Source: a virus. From it: a DNA stretch of 64,000 nucleotides. Below, piece by piece: positions 1 through 10,135 of this stretch. The stretch is taken from the IMG/VR virus record IMGVR_UViG_3300002092_001378, positions 1 to 64,000 of that record; one strand, written 5' to 3'. Under the pieces are notes generated by a model. It saw only the letters and a program-made list of their open reading frames with translations. It was not told the origin of the DNA and ran no database searches. Both the position numbers and the translations under genes were made by a program. The number at the start of each line of letters is the position of its first letter. The stretch's first letter is position 1.

Positions 1-1193
1 AACGCTAAATTACTCACGGCTATTTCTGAAAGATAGTCACCAGCGTTACCGAATGATGAAGCTACGTTAGTCAATTCAATGTATCCATAACGTGTCATGA
101 AACCAACTACTGGTTCAAAAGTTGATGGATCAAGAACAACACCGCTTGACATTAGAGGAATGTATGGGCAGTAGAAAGCTGCTGCGTCTGCTTCTGAAGT
201 ACCCTTATAACCAACAAGCACAGGGATTGTGTCGTCAGCATATGAGTCAACATAAACACGCATTGAACCATTTAGAGTACCAACAAACTTAGTGTTAGTT
301 GGAGCTTCAAATGAACCTTCAGTTGTACGAGCGAAAGCACTAGTAGTTGCACTCTGTAGAACAGTTAGAACAGTTGGGCTTACAACAGTCCAGTTACCTG
401 CGCCACGACGTGTGCGCTGTGCAATCAAGTTTGCAGCACGATTGATTAGAACTGCTAGAGCAGCATGTTCGTCACCAACGAATGTTGCAGTACCAGAAAC
501 AGTTGCCTGGTTAAATGTGAATTCACTTGCAGCAAGTGAACGTAGGCTGTATAGGATTTCCTGATCGATTTCAGCAGTAATTTCCTGGGCAAGTGCTGCC
601 ATGATTTCTGCTTCAATGTCTAGGCCATGCATTGCTTGTGCGTCCTGAGCTGCTTCAAAAGTCCAGCGAGCTGATAGCTTGCGAGTCTTAGCTTCTACAG
701 GCTGCTTTAGGATCTGCACGTTCAAACGACGTCCAGGAGTACCTTCAAGACTTGCAGTTGAACCTGCACGACCGTCAGCACTAGTAACACCAGCAGCAGT
801 TCCAGAATAACCTGAAGCAATCTTGAATGGGCTTAGTGCCTCATCGCCGATTGAAACGTCAGTACCAGCCTGGCCGCTGCCATTGCTTGTGAAGCTGTCA
901 GCATAACGCACACGTAGAGTGTGAATCTGTGCAACAGGTCCAGTCATTGGCTGTACGCCAACGATTTCGTTAGCAATAACAGTGGGCATAACACGTCGAA
1001 TGACAGGTAGAATCACACGATTTAGTGTTGCTACGTTACCAGCAGAAGTTCCACCAGCAGTGGCGCTTTCAGTTAGATAACGCTTTGTATTCTCGAGCAC
1101 CATGCTCATTGTAGTCTTCTTGTTGCCGGTTAGACCTTCTAGCAATGCAGCCTTAGTCTCACCCCAACGTCCTTCTAGTAATTCTTGTGACAT
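1..1193 (-). CDS. gp23: Major capsid protein, T4 gp23-like; last few C-terminal codons lie beyond the window edge
   Basis: Not in the ORF track. My translation from ATG at 1193 gives MSQELLEGRWGETKAALLEGL...VILPVIRRVMPTVIANEIVGVQPMTGPVAQIHTLRVRY...FYCPYIPL, the hallmark gp23 motifs. GGAG RBS upstream; directly downstream of the scaffold and protease genes. Confidence 0.96.
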   Translation of the reverse strand, partial: MSQELLEGRWGETKAALLEGLTGNKKTTMSMVLENTKRYLTESATAGGTSAGNVATLNRVILPVIRRVMPTVIANEIVGVQPMTGPVAQIHTLRVRYADSFTSNGSGQAGTDVSIGDEALSPFKIASGYSGTAAGVTSADGRAGSTASLEGTPGRRLNVQILKQPVEAKTRKLSARWTFEAAQDAQAMHGLDIEAEIMAALAQEITAEIDQEILYSLRSLAASEFTFNQATVSGTATFVGDEHAALAVLINRAANLIAQRTRRGAGNWTVVSPTVLTVLQSATTSAFARTTEGSFEAPTNTKFVGTLNGSMRVYVDSYADDTIPVLVGYKGTSEADAAAFYCPYIPLMSSGVVLDPSTFEPVVGFMTRYGYIELTNVASSFGNAGDYLSEIAVSNLA

Positions 1194-1212
1194 TTTAAAA
1201 GTTCTCCATTTA

Positions 1213-2307
1213 TTAGTTTGTTGTTAAGCCAGCCAAACGACGAATCTCAATTACGTTGTTTGAAGTCTGTTCAGTTTTAGTAGTTCTATCTCCAGTAACT
1301 GCTGTCTTTGACTCTGCGATTACAGTTTTAACTGGTGCAGTAGACTTGCCATCCATTACAGGGGAAAGATATTTCTTAAATGCGGCCTCGAGGCGATCTG
1401 TTGGAGTTGACTCCAAGAGTTGCTTCATGACGTTGGCCTTGTCTTTGCTGAGAGGCTTCATTAAGTCGTCAATCTTACGAGTACGCTCGATTGATTCGTT
1501 AATACGCTTTAGCTCAGTTTCTTTAGCATCTGCCTTAGCTTCAGCTAATTCTGCTGCCTGACGAGCTTCGGAAAGCTGCATCTCAATACGATCAAGTATT
1601 GTCTGCATCTTCTTAACTTCGGCACGCTCATTGAGGTGCGTGGCAGTAAACTCGGTTGCAAATGCTTCAAAAATTCTACGTCCAAAATTATTTTCTTTTG
1701 CTTCCTGAATGTCTTCTTTTAGTTGCTTGAGTTCTGTACGTAAGGTGCTATCAGTTGCTTCCTTAACAAGAGTTGATGCTCTCTTAATGAATGACTCACT
1801 AAGATCCTTCAACTTCTTCTTACCTTCTACAATTAGCTGAACCTTTGCACGAGCCAAGTCTGCCTTATCGTCGGCAAACTCAACAATCTCCTTGCGGAGA
1901 CCTTCTGTTACAAATTCGTCTAGCTTTGCTGTAGCAGTTTTAATTGCTGCACGATCAGCGTGTAGTTCAGCAACCTCTTTAGCAAGAGCTTCATTGAGGA
2001 AATCCTCAAAATTAGCAGCCTTTGCCATCATTGATTCTGTAAACTTAACACGATCTTGAGCAATAGCAGCACGCTCAGCAGCAATCTTTTCGATCTCTAC
2101 TGATAGTGATTCTGATACCATACGATCGAGAGCCTCAACCATTGTGGCCTTATCGTGTGAATAACGATTTGCCATCTCTTCACGGATTTCTGCACGAATA
2201 GCATCACGAGCTTCGTCAAGCTTGGAATCCCAAGCCTGCTCTAGAACTTCGCGAGTTTCTTCGTTCAGGATGCCGTTGTCAATTAATGGTTTTAGTGCTT
2301 CGAACAT
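1213..2307 (-). CDS. Prohead core/scaffold protein (gp22-like position)
   Basis: Coiled-coil, E/K/A-rich 364 aa between protease and capsid genes; C-terminal IRRLAGL motif; AGGAG RBS. Confidence 0.8.
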   Translation of the reverse strand: MFEALKPLIDNGILNEETREVLEQAWDSKLDEARDAIRAEIREEMANRYSHDKATMVEALDRMVSESLSVEIEKIAAERAAIAQDRVKFTESMMAKAANFEDFLNEALAKEVAELHADRAAIKTATAKLDEFVTEGLRKEIVEFADDKADLARAKVQLIVEGKKKLKDLSESFIKRASTLVKEATDSTLRTELKQLKEDIQEAKENNFGRRIFEAFATEFTATHLNERAEVKKMQTILDRIEMQLSEARQAAELAEAKADAKETELKRINESIERTRKIDDLMKPLSKDKANVMKQLLESTPTDRLEAAFKKYLSPVMDGKSTAPVKTVIAESKTAVTGDRTTKTEQTSNNVIEIRRLAGLTTN

Positions 2308-2323
2308 TTAATTCTCCTGAAAC

Positions 2324-2953
2324 TTATCTAATCTTCAATTCATTGATTAATCTTGAAACTTCCGTTGCAAGATACTTCTGAGCTAGTCGATCATTGTTTA
2401 GATCTTTAGCCATATCAAACACACGGTGCCCACCCTTCATGTTCATGAGACCCTCATAAACTGCTGTTGGATAGGCACTTGGTGCGCTGGGTTGTGCTAC
2501 GATATCAACTGTGACAATATCAAAATTGCTGACCTGTCCACTTGATTCATTAACGTCACCGCTTCCGCGGCTGCTAACACCAAGCTTTACGCCAGAAGTA
2601 ATCATCACACTTACAATCTTACCCATTGGGGTGGGTAATATTTTCATTTTGCCACAGCCTTTTGATCCATCTAACCACATTTCAGTGATCATGTGACTTA
2701 CTCTATCTAAATTAATACGCAGATTAGTTGGATGATCAACTTCACCTAGCACAGAATAACCTTTGGTAATCTGCTCATTTAGATTTTGTACTGCTCTGGC
2801 AATTTCATGACGGGGATAAACACGCTTATTGGCATTCTCCCTGTCACCTTCAATGAAGATCCCTTTCATATACAGGTCCTTACCTTCATTGGCCTGTATT
2901 GTTTCCATACAAGCCTGATCAAAGCTTAGATTTTCTGTTAAAAAGGGTTTCAT
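2324..2953 (-). CDS. gp21: Prohead core protease, T4 gp21-like
   Basis: Motifs NANKRVYP, LGEVDHP, LGVSSRGSG, DIVAQPSAPSAY. Confidence 0.95.
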   Translation of the reverse strand: MKPFLTENLSFDQACMETIQANEGKDLYMKGIFIEGDRENANKRVYPRHEIARAVQNLNEQITKGYSVLGEVDHPTNLRINLDRVSHMITEMWLDGSKGCGKMKILPTPMGKIVSVMITSGVKLGVSSRGSGDVNESSGQVSNFDIVTVDIVAQPSAPSAYPTAVYEGLMNMKGGHRVFDMAKDLNNDRLAQKYLATEVSRLINELKIR

Positions 2954-2965
2954 ATTATTTTCCTA

Positions 2966-3763
2966 TTACTTTAAGTTAATTGATGTCTTGTTTGTGCCTG
3001 ATGGCTCACTATTAGTTGGCTTCTTAGCACCTGAGAAAGACTTACCAGCGTTTGCACCTGGAACATTCTCAAAACTACCAGCACCCTTTAGCTTGCCTTC
3101 GCCCTTGCTATAAGCATTGCTTGGCTTACCATACTGCTTACCGTCTGGATCTTCACCCCTGCCGCCTTGAGCTAGGTTCTTGGCAGTTCCACCCATGTCG
3201 TTCTTACCAGCAACAGTTGATCTGCTGTTAGTTGAACCACCGATTGAACCATTGCCTACGCCCTGGCCTTCAGTGTTTCCAGGTGTTGCAACCTTCTCAA
3301 CATACTCACGCATAAAGCCTTCTTCTGGCATATCATCCATGCCACCCATGTCACCATGTGAAGTCTCGCCGCCTTCATCACTCATTAGTTTTTCGAACTC
3401 TGCCTTGAGGTCGTCAAGAGCATCTTCGAGATCAACAACACGATCTTCTAGACCTTCTTCACCGCCCATGTCGTCGTCGCCCATGCCGTCGTCCATGTTA
3501 TCCATGTCGCCGTCATCTTCGCCTTCTTCACCGTCTTCTTGGTCCATGCCTTCTTCGTCAGCTGAAATGTCGCCCATCATGTCGTCGGTGGCGTCCATGT
3601 TCTGGTCGTCATCTTCTTCCATGTCATCCTGCATTTCTTCTGCTACAAGGTCATTATAAATTTCACGTGACTTTTCAACAACAAGGTTGTGAAATAGCTC
3701 ATTAGCTTTCTCTGTTTCCTCATTGATGATATATTCAATCAATTGTTCAAACTTATTTCGCAT
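2966..3763 (-). CDS. Acidic prohead core/internal head protein (putative)
   Basis: D/E/M/G-rich low-complexity middle and G/K/S-rich C-terminus; sits in the head module behind a TAAATA motif (3802-3807) and AGGAG RBS. Confidence 0.65.
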   Translation of the reverse strand: MRNKFEQLIEYIINEETEKANELFHNLVVEKSREIYNDLVAEEMQDDMEEDDDQNMDATDDMMGDISADEEGMDQEDGEEGEDDGDMDNMDDGMGDDDMGGEEGLEDRVVDLEDALDDLKAEFEKLMSDEGGETSHGDMGGMDDMPEEGFMREYVEKVATPGNTEGQGVGNGSIGGSTNSRSTVAGKNDMGGTAKNLAQGGRGEDPDGKQYGKPSNAYSKGEGKLKGAGSFENVPGANAGKSFSGAKKPTNSEPSGTNKTSINLK

Positions 3764-3872
3764 GTTGTATCACTCCTAAAAGATTAGTTCTATGCTGAAC
3801 TTATTTACTGCGTAGATAATATCAGTATGTAAAATAGGGTTATTTTGAGTGATTTGGAAAAGATAAGCGTTT

Positions 3873-4091
3873 TTAAGCAGGAGGTGCTGCTGGCTGACCA
3901 TACATCAGCTTCACTCTTTCAATCTGCTCTTTAAATTCCACAGAGCGTTGATCGTTCATTTTTCTTAGCTGGCTAATTTGTGCAAGGGTAAGTCTTGTCT
4001 TTCGTAGGTCTTCGATCTTTTCCTGACTGTCGTCTTTGGAAATATCTTGATAGCCTTTTCTCTCTTCGCGAAACATTTCTGCTAGTAGCAT
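3873..4091 (-). CDS. Small head-module protein (RKTRLTLAQISQLRKM motif)
   Basis: ATG at 4091 follows a perfect TATAAATA; located between portal and core genes. Confidence 0.7.
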   Translation of the reverse strand: MLLAEMFREERKGYQDISKDDSQEKIEDLRKTRLTLAQISQLRKMNDQRSVEFKEQIERVKLMYGQPAAPPA

Positions 4092-4115
4092 AATAAACAA
4101 GCACCTTGTATTTTA

Positions 4116-4123
4116 TATTTATA
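4116..4123 (-). promoter_or_regulatory. T4-type late promoter TATAAATA overlapping the portal stop codon
   Basis: Plus-strand TATTTATA at 4116-4123; a gp55 homolog is present in the window. Confidence 0.75.
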
Positions 4124-5888
4124 TAGCAAGGCTTGGTTCCGAACCACCAGGCGCTGTAGGTGCTGGTGCGCCGCCAGGAGCACCAGGAGCACCACCTTGG
4201 CTAATACCATCCTCTGTTCCAGGGGGTGCTTCTGCACCAGCATCAGCTGATAGATCACCAATTGTATCCAAGTCGCCGGTAATACCACCAGGAGTAACAC
4301 CTACGTTACGCATGTCACTGCCTTGCGGCTTGCTCATGTCAGGAGTGCCGCGCTCTTCATGCCATAACTTCTCATTCTCTGCCATTTCCATTTCATTAAG
4401 TCCAAGATACTTCTTAAGAATGAAACGCTTGGCAAGGAATTCAGTGTCTTTAATGCCGCCAAATGCTGTAATACGCTGACTGTTGAGTTCAATTTCACGA
4501 TAAGCAGCAAAGTTTTGTGGTTCACTGAAACGCATTTCAAACAAACTATTGTCTAAATTAAAGCCTCTCCACTTTAAAAATAGCTTAAATTCTTCATCAA
4601 ACTTGCTACTAATATACTTCTGTAAACGCTTACAATACTCATTGAAACGATATTCCTGAATCAATGCAGTTGTTACTTTACCATCAGTATAGGCACGATC
4701 ACTGTCATCCTTGCCTGTTGGCAAATAACTAGATGGAATACGCAATCCTCTGAACAACTTGTTCTGGAAGTAACGCAAGTCATCAATTTCACCTAGGTTT
4801 TGCCCACCTGGTAATACCTCAACACTTGATCCACGACCGTCCGCTGTCTGAGGGAAGAAGTAATCTTCATTGATTGACAGCGGATTATAGCTTGCATCCA
4901 TTAGGTTTTGCCCGCCGCCACTTTGTGTTGGGATACGACGCTGATGAATTTCATTTTTAACACGCTCAAGGAATGACATCTGCATGTGCGCAGGCATGTT
5001 ACCAACGTCAATTTTAAACACACGACGTTCAGGCGCACGTTGCACACGGTAAATTAATAGTGAGTCTTCAAGTAGTTCTTTTTGCTTGAATACTTTAAAA
5101 ATACCCTCAAGTATGCTAACACCAAATGGCCAGTTAACATCAAGTCCTTCAGTTAAACTACAATGAATAACATGTTCTGCATCAATTGGAAACTCATTTG
5201 TACCAACACCAAAGCGATTATTTGAGTTTAACGAGTCACCGCCAATGCCATTGCTTGTATTATTACGACTTCCGCCGGAATATGGAGCAAAAGAATAAGT
5301 GTCGTTTTTGCCTGGTGGACGAGTAATTGTGTCATTCTGTAAGTTGGGAGCAAGATCACGAACATAGTAAACTTCAGGAACTTTACCCTGTGACTCGTTT
5401 ACAATGATTTTACTGACCTTATTCATTTCACTCCAGTACCACTTGTAAGTTTCTGGATCACGAACAAAAATTTGATCGCCGTACTTTAATACATTGCGGA
5501 AAATTTTAAAGATCTTACGATCAAAGTCGTTTAAACTATACCAAGCAGTAAGCTGTTCTTTTAAAATAGCAATTTCGTTTTCAGTTGCTTCATCATGAAA
5601 ATGAAAGTTAAATGCTGTGTTTGTATCTTCGTTTGTCTGTGTGCAAAATTCAGCTAGAATATCAAGAGCGGCGTTTACTTCACTGTCAAGATCCATGTTT
5701 TCGTATTGTGAATAACGATCAATTCTATTGGGATGTCCGCTGTAAATATCGGGCAACATGCTTTGGTAATTTCTAAATGCAGCCTGTGCTTGACTATCTA
5801 GATATCCAAAGGCATAGTTTGCAGTTGAGCCATTAACTGGGCTCATACTGCCATCGGTAACCACACGAAAATGTTTTGTCCAAGCCAT
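4119..5888 (-). CDS. gp20: Portal protein, T4 gp20-like
   Basis: Motifs LEDSLLIYRVQRAPERRVFKIDVGNMP, EDYFFP, LPGGQNLGEIDDLRYF, LRIPSSYL. Confidence 0.96.
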   Translation of the reverse strand: MAWTKHFRVVTDGSMSPVNGSTANYAFGYLDSQAQAAFRNYQSMLPDIYSGHPNRIDRYSQYENMDLDSEVNAALDILAEFCTQTNEDTNTAFNFHFHDEATENEIAILKEQLTAWYSLNDFDRKIFKIFRNVLKYGDQIFVRDPETYKWYWSEMNKVSKIIVNESQGKVPEVYYVRDLAPNLQNDTITRPPGKNDTYSFAPYSGGSRNNTSNGIGGDSLNSNNRFGVGTNEFPIDAEHVIHCSLTEGLDVNWPFGVSILEGIFKVFKQKELLEDSLLIYRVQRAPERRVFKIDVGNMPAHMQMSFLERVKNEIHQRRIPTQSGGGQNLMDASYNPLSINEDYFFPQTADGRGSSVEVLPGGQNLGEIDDLRYFQNKLFRGLRIPSSYLPTGKDDSDRAYTDGKVTTALIQEYRFNEYCKRLQKYISSKFDEEFKLFLKWRGFNLDNSLFEMRFSEPQNFAAYREIELNSQRITAFGGIKDTEFLAKRFILKKYLGLNEMEMAENEKLWHEERGTPDMSKPQGSDMRNVGVTPGGITGDLDTIGDLSADAGAEAPPGTEDGISQGGAPGAPGGAPAPTAPGGSEPSLAI

Positions 5889-5913
5889 AATTTTATCCTA
5901 TTATATATTTACA

Positions 5914-8652
5914 TTAACTTACGGCTGATACAGTATTTCTAGTATTGTTAGAAATATTACGCATTAAGTCCAGTTGATCTTCCATTGTTCTTGAAATTAC
6001 CATTAATAGCGTTGTCATATCTTGCATTGAAGCTTTGTCTTCTTCTTTTTTACTGGTAAGTGCAGTAGCCATTAGCTTATCACGATCTGTTTCTTGTATT
6101 CCAGCAGCTTGTTTTATCGCTTCTGCTCTTGCTGCTTCTGTCATTGCTGCAAATTGTTGAGTTTGTGTGTTTAGATTTGATGTAGGTGTTCCTGAACCTT
6201 GATCAGATGGTGTTGCTTGAACTGCGGCAGGAGTATCTTCACCGAACATCCAATCATATAAGGCTGTACCAGCTTTTTCGCCAGCCATACCACCAACAAT
6301 TGCACCTGGTATAGCGGCGACTCCACCAGTAACAGCACCAGCGCCAAGACCACCAGCTGCTGCGCCAAGTCCAGATCCAATTCCAGCAGCTAAACTTCTA
6401 CCTAGTTTACCACTTTGCATGTATTCCATACCACCTGCAATAGCACTACCAACTAATGGTATTTTCTTTAAGAAGCTACTACCAAAACCTTTAGCTAATT
6501 CTGCACCTGCTGAGCCTGCTAATCCACTAGCACCAGCACTTACTGCTCCTGAAGCACTTCCTGCTAATCCAGCAGCACCAGTTAACATACCTTTACCAGC
6601 TGAAACTACACTACCAACTTTGGAGCTTAACCATTGTCCAGCACCGCCAGCGGCACCAGAAACTGCACCACCTAAGGTAGATCCACCAGCAGTTGGTATT
6701 TTTCCTAATACTCCGCCAAGTTTAGCGGCTACTTCTGCTCCAATAGTACCCGCTGCCATCATCCAAGTTTCTTTACTTGATATAACATCCATTAATCCTG
6801 ACGCTGCACTACTTGCTGCGCCGCCTGCCCCGCCACCGGTTACTTTGTTAATAGTTTTAACTAATTCCATAGTTGCTGTATTTGCAAGACCCATAGCTTC
6901 ACCAAACAACTTAACAGCACCAGCTTGAGTTGCTACTTGTTCTAGTGCTACTTGAGTTTGAGCAGCAGCTATATTCAGTTTTGCAAATTGTTCAGTAGTT
7001 GGATCCATGGTTTTTGGATCCATAGCTTTAGCAATACCAGCTATATTCTCTGACATTGCCTTATCATCAATATTAGCCCCAGCTCTAATTAAAGCATCGT
7101 TTGCACCGCCTATATTTTTTGCAATATCGGAACCATGTTGTCCAGCTTGATTTGCTGCGTCGGACATTCTTACGCCTATTGAATCGGCTGCGGCTGCGGC
7201 TTTTCCAGCAGCAGATAATGTTTTAATAGCTTTTGCAGAAGCGGCGGCACCGTCTTTAGATCCTGCTTGGACATCAGCTGCCATTTCTCTTAACATATCC
7301 ATATAAGCTGCATTAGCTCTTATTGCAGGATCAGTTACTTCATGATTACCTGCTATTTGTGTTAATGCAATTCTAGCTTTATCTGCATCGGGACCTAATT
7401 TACCAAGAGCTGTAAAATTCGACTGGAATACTGTTTTTTGATCAGCAGTCAATTTATTAATTAGTGCGCCGCGCATTGTTTCAGCACGAGCTTTTGCCAT
7501 CTCCTGCTCAGCTGATTTACCCAATAGTTGTTGATTTACTTTAAGATCTTTTCCATACTGAACTGTAAGTTCAGTAATTCTTCCTTGTGCTTCAGCAAAT
7601 CCTATACCTCTTGATCTTGCAGCTTCAAACGCACTACCTGTTAATGCAATTCTATCTTTTACATCAGTAAATCCCAACGCAAATAATTCAGTTGCTTCCT
7701 TACCCGAAGATAATCCTTTGCCAAATTGGCCAATCATCTTAGTAGCGCCAGTTAGACTAATACCCGAACGTTCAAACGCATCTTGGCCGGCAGATATACC
7801 GGCTACTAAATCTCCCATTTTAACACCAGCAGACCCTGCTATATTTCTTAGCTCGGACATGCCTCCACCAAAAACAGCACCAGCGGCGGCGGCTTGAGTG
7901 AAAGATTTCTGATAGTCCACCATAATAGGAGCAATAGTAGACATTGCTTGGCCAGCAAGTTTGGCGGCCGCACCAAGACCTTGAGCAGCAAGCCCAGCGC
8001 CTTGCAGAAGAATACCAAAGCCTTTGGTACGTGGGTTTGTACTAGTAGTTAATGTCTGCCCAAGCCCACCAGCTGCGGTGCCAGCAGCATTTAATCCTTG
8101 TCCGGCTTTTTCAGCATATTTGGACGCCATGTCAGCGCCAGCTTGTAATGGATCTTTATTAATAGAAGCAGCCAAACTTTTTGCAACATCACCAGCTGCC
8201 TGTCCTAATGGCAACAAATAGCTTTTAGTTAATGCCAGTGATTCATTGAATCCTTTCTGTCTTTGTTCAGTTTTTACTAAAGCTTCTGCCTGGCGAAATT
8301 GAGCATCAACTGCTTTTTTTTGTTCTTGCGTAGCACCTTTCATGCTATCCGAATTATCTTTTTGTATTTTCTGCCATTCTTCGTCTTTTTGTTTTCTTGA
8401 TTTAGAAGATTCTTCAATACGTCGTCTCTCTTCGACGAGTTCTTTTGACAACAACTTACGAGCATCTTTCTCGTCGCCGACACGTTTAGACAATTCGTTT
8501 ATTTGAGTTTGTGTTTCTTTTATGCTTTTATTAAGTTTCTGAATAATCCCGGTCAGAAGCTCGTACTCTTTCGTACCTTTTTGATACGTAGCACGTTGTT
8601 TTTCTAAATACTCTAATTGAGTTTTTTTCGCTTCTTCGGTTTCATCAGCCAT
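5914..8652 (-). CDS. Tape-measure-like tail protein
   Basis: 912 aa, helical and Ala/Gly-rich, with hydrophobic GxxxG stretches (LKKIPLVGSAIAGGMEY...GAIVGGMAG). TATAAATA upstream; adjacent to a putative frameshifted assembly chaperone. Confidence 0.7.
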   Translation of the reverse strand: MADETEEAKKTQLEYLEKQRATYQKGTKEYELLTGIIQKLNKSIKETQTQINELSKRVGDEKDARKLLSKELVEERRRIEESSKSRKQKDEEWQKIQKDNSDSMKGATQEQKKAVDAQFRQAEALVKTEQRQKGFNESLALTKSYLLPLGQAAGDVAKSLAASINKDPLQAGADMASKYAEKAGQGLNAAGTAAGGLGQTLTTSTNPRTKGFGILLQGAGLAAQGLGAAAKLAGQAMSTIAPIMVDYQKSFTQAAAAGAVFGGGMSELRNIAGSAGVKMGDLVAGISAGQDAFERSGISLTGATKMIGQFGKGLSSGKEATELFALGFTDVKDRIALTGSAFEAARSRGIGFAEAQGRITELTVQYGKDLKVNQQLLGKSAEQEMAKARAETMRGALINKLTADQKTVFQSNFTALGKLGPDADKARIALTQIAGNHEVTDPAIRANAAYMDMLREMAADVQAGSKDGAAASAKAIKTLSAAGKAAAAADSIGVRMSDAANQAGQHGSDIAKNIGGANDALIRAGANIDDKAMSENIAGIAKAMDPKTMDPTTEQFAKLNIAAAQTQVALEQVATQAGAVKLFGEAMGLANTATMELVKTINKVTGGGAGGAASSAASGLMDVISSKETWMMAAGTIGAEVAAKLGGVLGKIPTAGGSTLGGAVSGAAGGAGQWLSSKVGSVVSAGKGMLTGAAGLAGSASGAVSAGASGLAGSAGAELAKGFGSSFLKKIPLVGSAIAGGMEYMQSGKLGRSLAAGIGSGLGAAAGGLGAGAVTGGVAAIPGAIVGGMAGEKAGTALYDWMFGEDTPAAVQATPSDQGSGTPTSNLNTQTQQFAAMTEAARAEAIKQAAGIQETDRDKLMATALTSKKEEDKASMQDMTTLLMVISRTMEDQLDLMRNISNNTRNTVSAVS

Positions 8653-8701
8653 TTAAAAATTCAAACCCCAATTTCAGCACCGATAAGTATATGGCACTAG
8701 T

Positions 8702-8709
8702 TATTTATA
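8702..8709 (-). promoter_or_regulatory. Late promoter TATAAATA for the tape-measure-like gene
   Basis: Plus-strand TATTTATA at 8702-8709. A possible divergent variant GATAAGTA lies at 8682-8689 for the plus-strand gene. Confidence 0.7.
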
Positions 8710-8719
8710 GGACAAAAAA

Positions 8720-9574
8720 ATGCAGCCCACTTCAATAAATCCATTAGCAAAACATTTTCGTCAACCAGCTATCTATCTGTCGTTACCAAGTGAAGGGAAA
8801 TATTGGGAAGATGGAAGTCTTGACCTACCATTAAATGGCCAAATAGCAATTTATCCAATGACCACCAGAGACGAAATCATGATACGTACACCCGATGCGT
8901 TATTAAATGGTGAAAGCATGATCAGTGTCATACAAAGTTGCTGTCCACAAATTAAAGATGCTTGGAAAATGCCCAGTGTTGATGTTGATGCCGTACTAGT
9001 CGCTATTAGAGTTGCCAGCTATGGACAAGACATGGACATTGACAGCAAGTGCCCAAATGAAGCTTGTTCGCACGAGAATTCACATTCTCTTGATCTTACA
9101 GGTATCCTAGACGGTCTACATGCCCCAAATTATAATAAGAAAGTTTTTATCGAGGGATTAAAAATCAAATTAAAACCACAAAGCTATTTTGAAGGCAACA
9201 GAACTAACTTACTTAATTTTGAGGAACAAAGACTTCTAGGTGTTATTTCAAATGATGAAATGCCAAGTGATCAAAAAATGAAACAGTTTCAGGAACACAT
9301 GGGAAGAATGGTAAGTTTAAACCTTGATATAATTACTGCTGGCACTGAATCAATAGAAATTGAAGACGGCACGATAGTCACTGATTATAATTTTATTAAA
9401 GAATTTTATGACAATGCTGGTAGTAAAGTAATTAATTCTGTTAGAAAACAATTTGAAGAATTTGCAAAAACTGCTTCGTTGCCACAACCCAAAGTAAAAT
9501 GTGAAGAATGTGGGACTGAATATCCTGTTGAGATTACATTTGATTATACACGTTTTTTCGTGGACGCCTCTTAA
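8720..9574 (+). CDS. Baseplate hub / tail assembly chaperone (T4 gp26-like)
   Basis: LPSEGKYW, YPMTTRDEI, DAVLVAIRVASYG, a CPxxxC motif and a C-terminal CEECG; ends in ...DYTRFFVDAS, which contains a slippery site. Confidence 0.75.
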   Translation: MQPTSINPLAKHFRQPAIYLSLPSEGKYWEDGSLDLPLNGQIAIYPMTTRDEIMIRTPDALLNGESMISVIQSCCPQIKDAWKMPSVDVDAVLVAIRVASYGQDMDIDSKCPNEACSHENSHSLDLTGILDGLHAPNYNKKVFIEGLKIKLKPQSYFEGNRTNLLNFEEQRLLGVISNDEMPSDQKMKQFQEHMGRMVSLNLDIITAGTESIEIEDGTIVTDYNFIKEFYDNAGSKVINSVRKQFEEFAKTASLPQPKVKCEECGTEYPVEITFDYTRFFVDAS

Positions 9575-9789
9575 CTCTGGATAGAGAAGGTATCATAAAG
9601 CTTGTACAAAGCTATGAACGCCAAGTTAAGGGGCTAAAAGAAGAAGCACTTCGTATGTGTTGGTATATGAGAGGTGGACTTACTTACGACGAATCATTTT
9701 GTTTGGGATTTCAAGAACGAGAAATCATTAACACTATCATTAAGTCAAATTTAGAGATAACTCAAAAGTCAGGAACACCATTCTTCTAA
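9553..9789 (+). CDS. -1 frame extension of the chaperone (or a short stand-alone ORF from ATG 9655): ...RGRLLTLDREGIIKLVQSYERQVKGLKEEALRMCWYMRGGLTYDESFCLGFQEREIINTIIKSNLEITQKSGTPFF
   Basis: Not in the ORF track. The frame is open from 9544 to TAA 9787-9789, has no ATG until 9655, and is entered through the T_TTT_TTC heptamer at 9553-9559. Confidence 0.7.
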   Translation, partial: FFRGRLLTLDREGIIKLVQSYERQVKGLKEEALRMCWYMRGGLTYDESFCLGFQEREIINTIIKSNLEITQKSGTPFF

Positions 9790-9796
9790 TATAGGA

Positions 9797-10135
9797 TGTT
9801 TGCTTACGCAAACAGTTAACTCACTATCGTTCGTTAACATTTTCTCTTATAACTTTTTGTTAGATTAGAAGTCATACTGATCCCTTTCGGGACCAGGGAC
9901 AAAGAAACTTTTTGTTGAGTTCTCCATCATACTAAGTTACAGGAAACTGTCTTTAAACAGGGTGGCGGTTGGCCGGTACCACATTATTCCAGCTGATTTA
10001 ATCCAACGGTCATTATCATACCCTAACTAGCGAATATGTATAACGCTGCGGTTGCTTTCTCTCAGAGCCGCAATCATTTAGCCTATCGTTTGGCCTTACG
10101 TTGTCCACTTTCACGATTATCGGGGCGTGAGACCT
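9797..10135. ncRNA. Candidate structured ncRNA or structured DNA element (origin-like)
   Basis: ORF-free region with at least six hairpins. Two carry GNRA loops on the minus strand (TGTTTGC-GTAA-GCAAACA; CTGGTCCC-GAAA-GGGATCAG). An 11-bp direct repeat AACTTTTTGTT lies at 9851 and 9906. Confidence 0.5.

Noticed and set aside
292-8221. Plus-strand ORFs opposite the head and tape-measure genes (e.g. 292-564, 1256-1561, 3180-3659, 6419-6928)
   Set aside because: These are antisense shadow ORFs of strongly supported genes; their composition mirrors the codon bias of the real strand.
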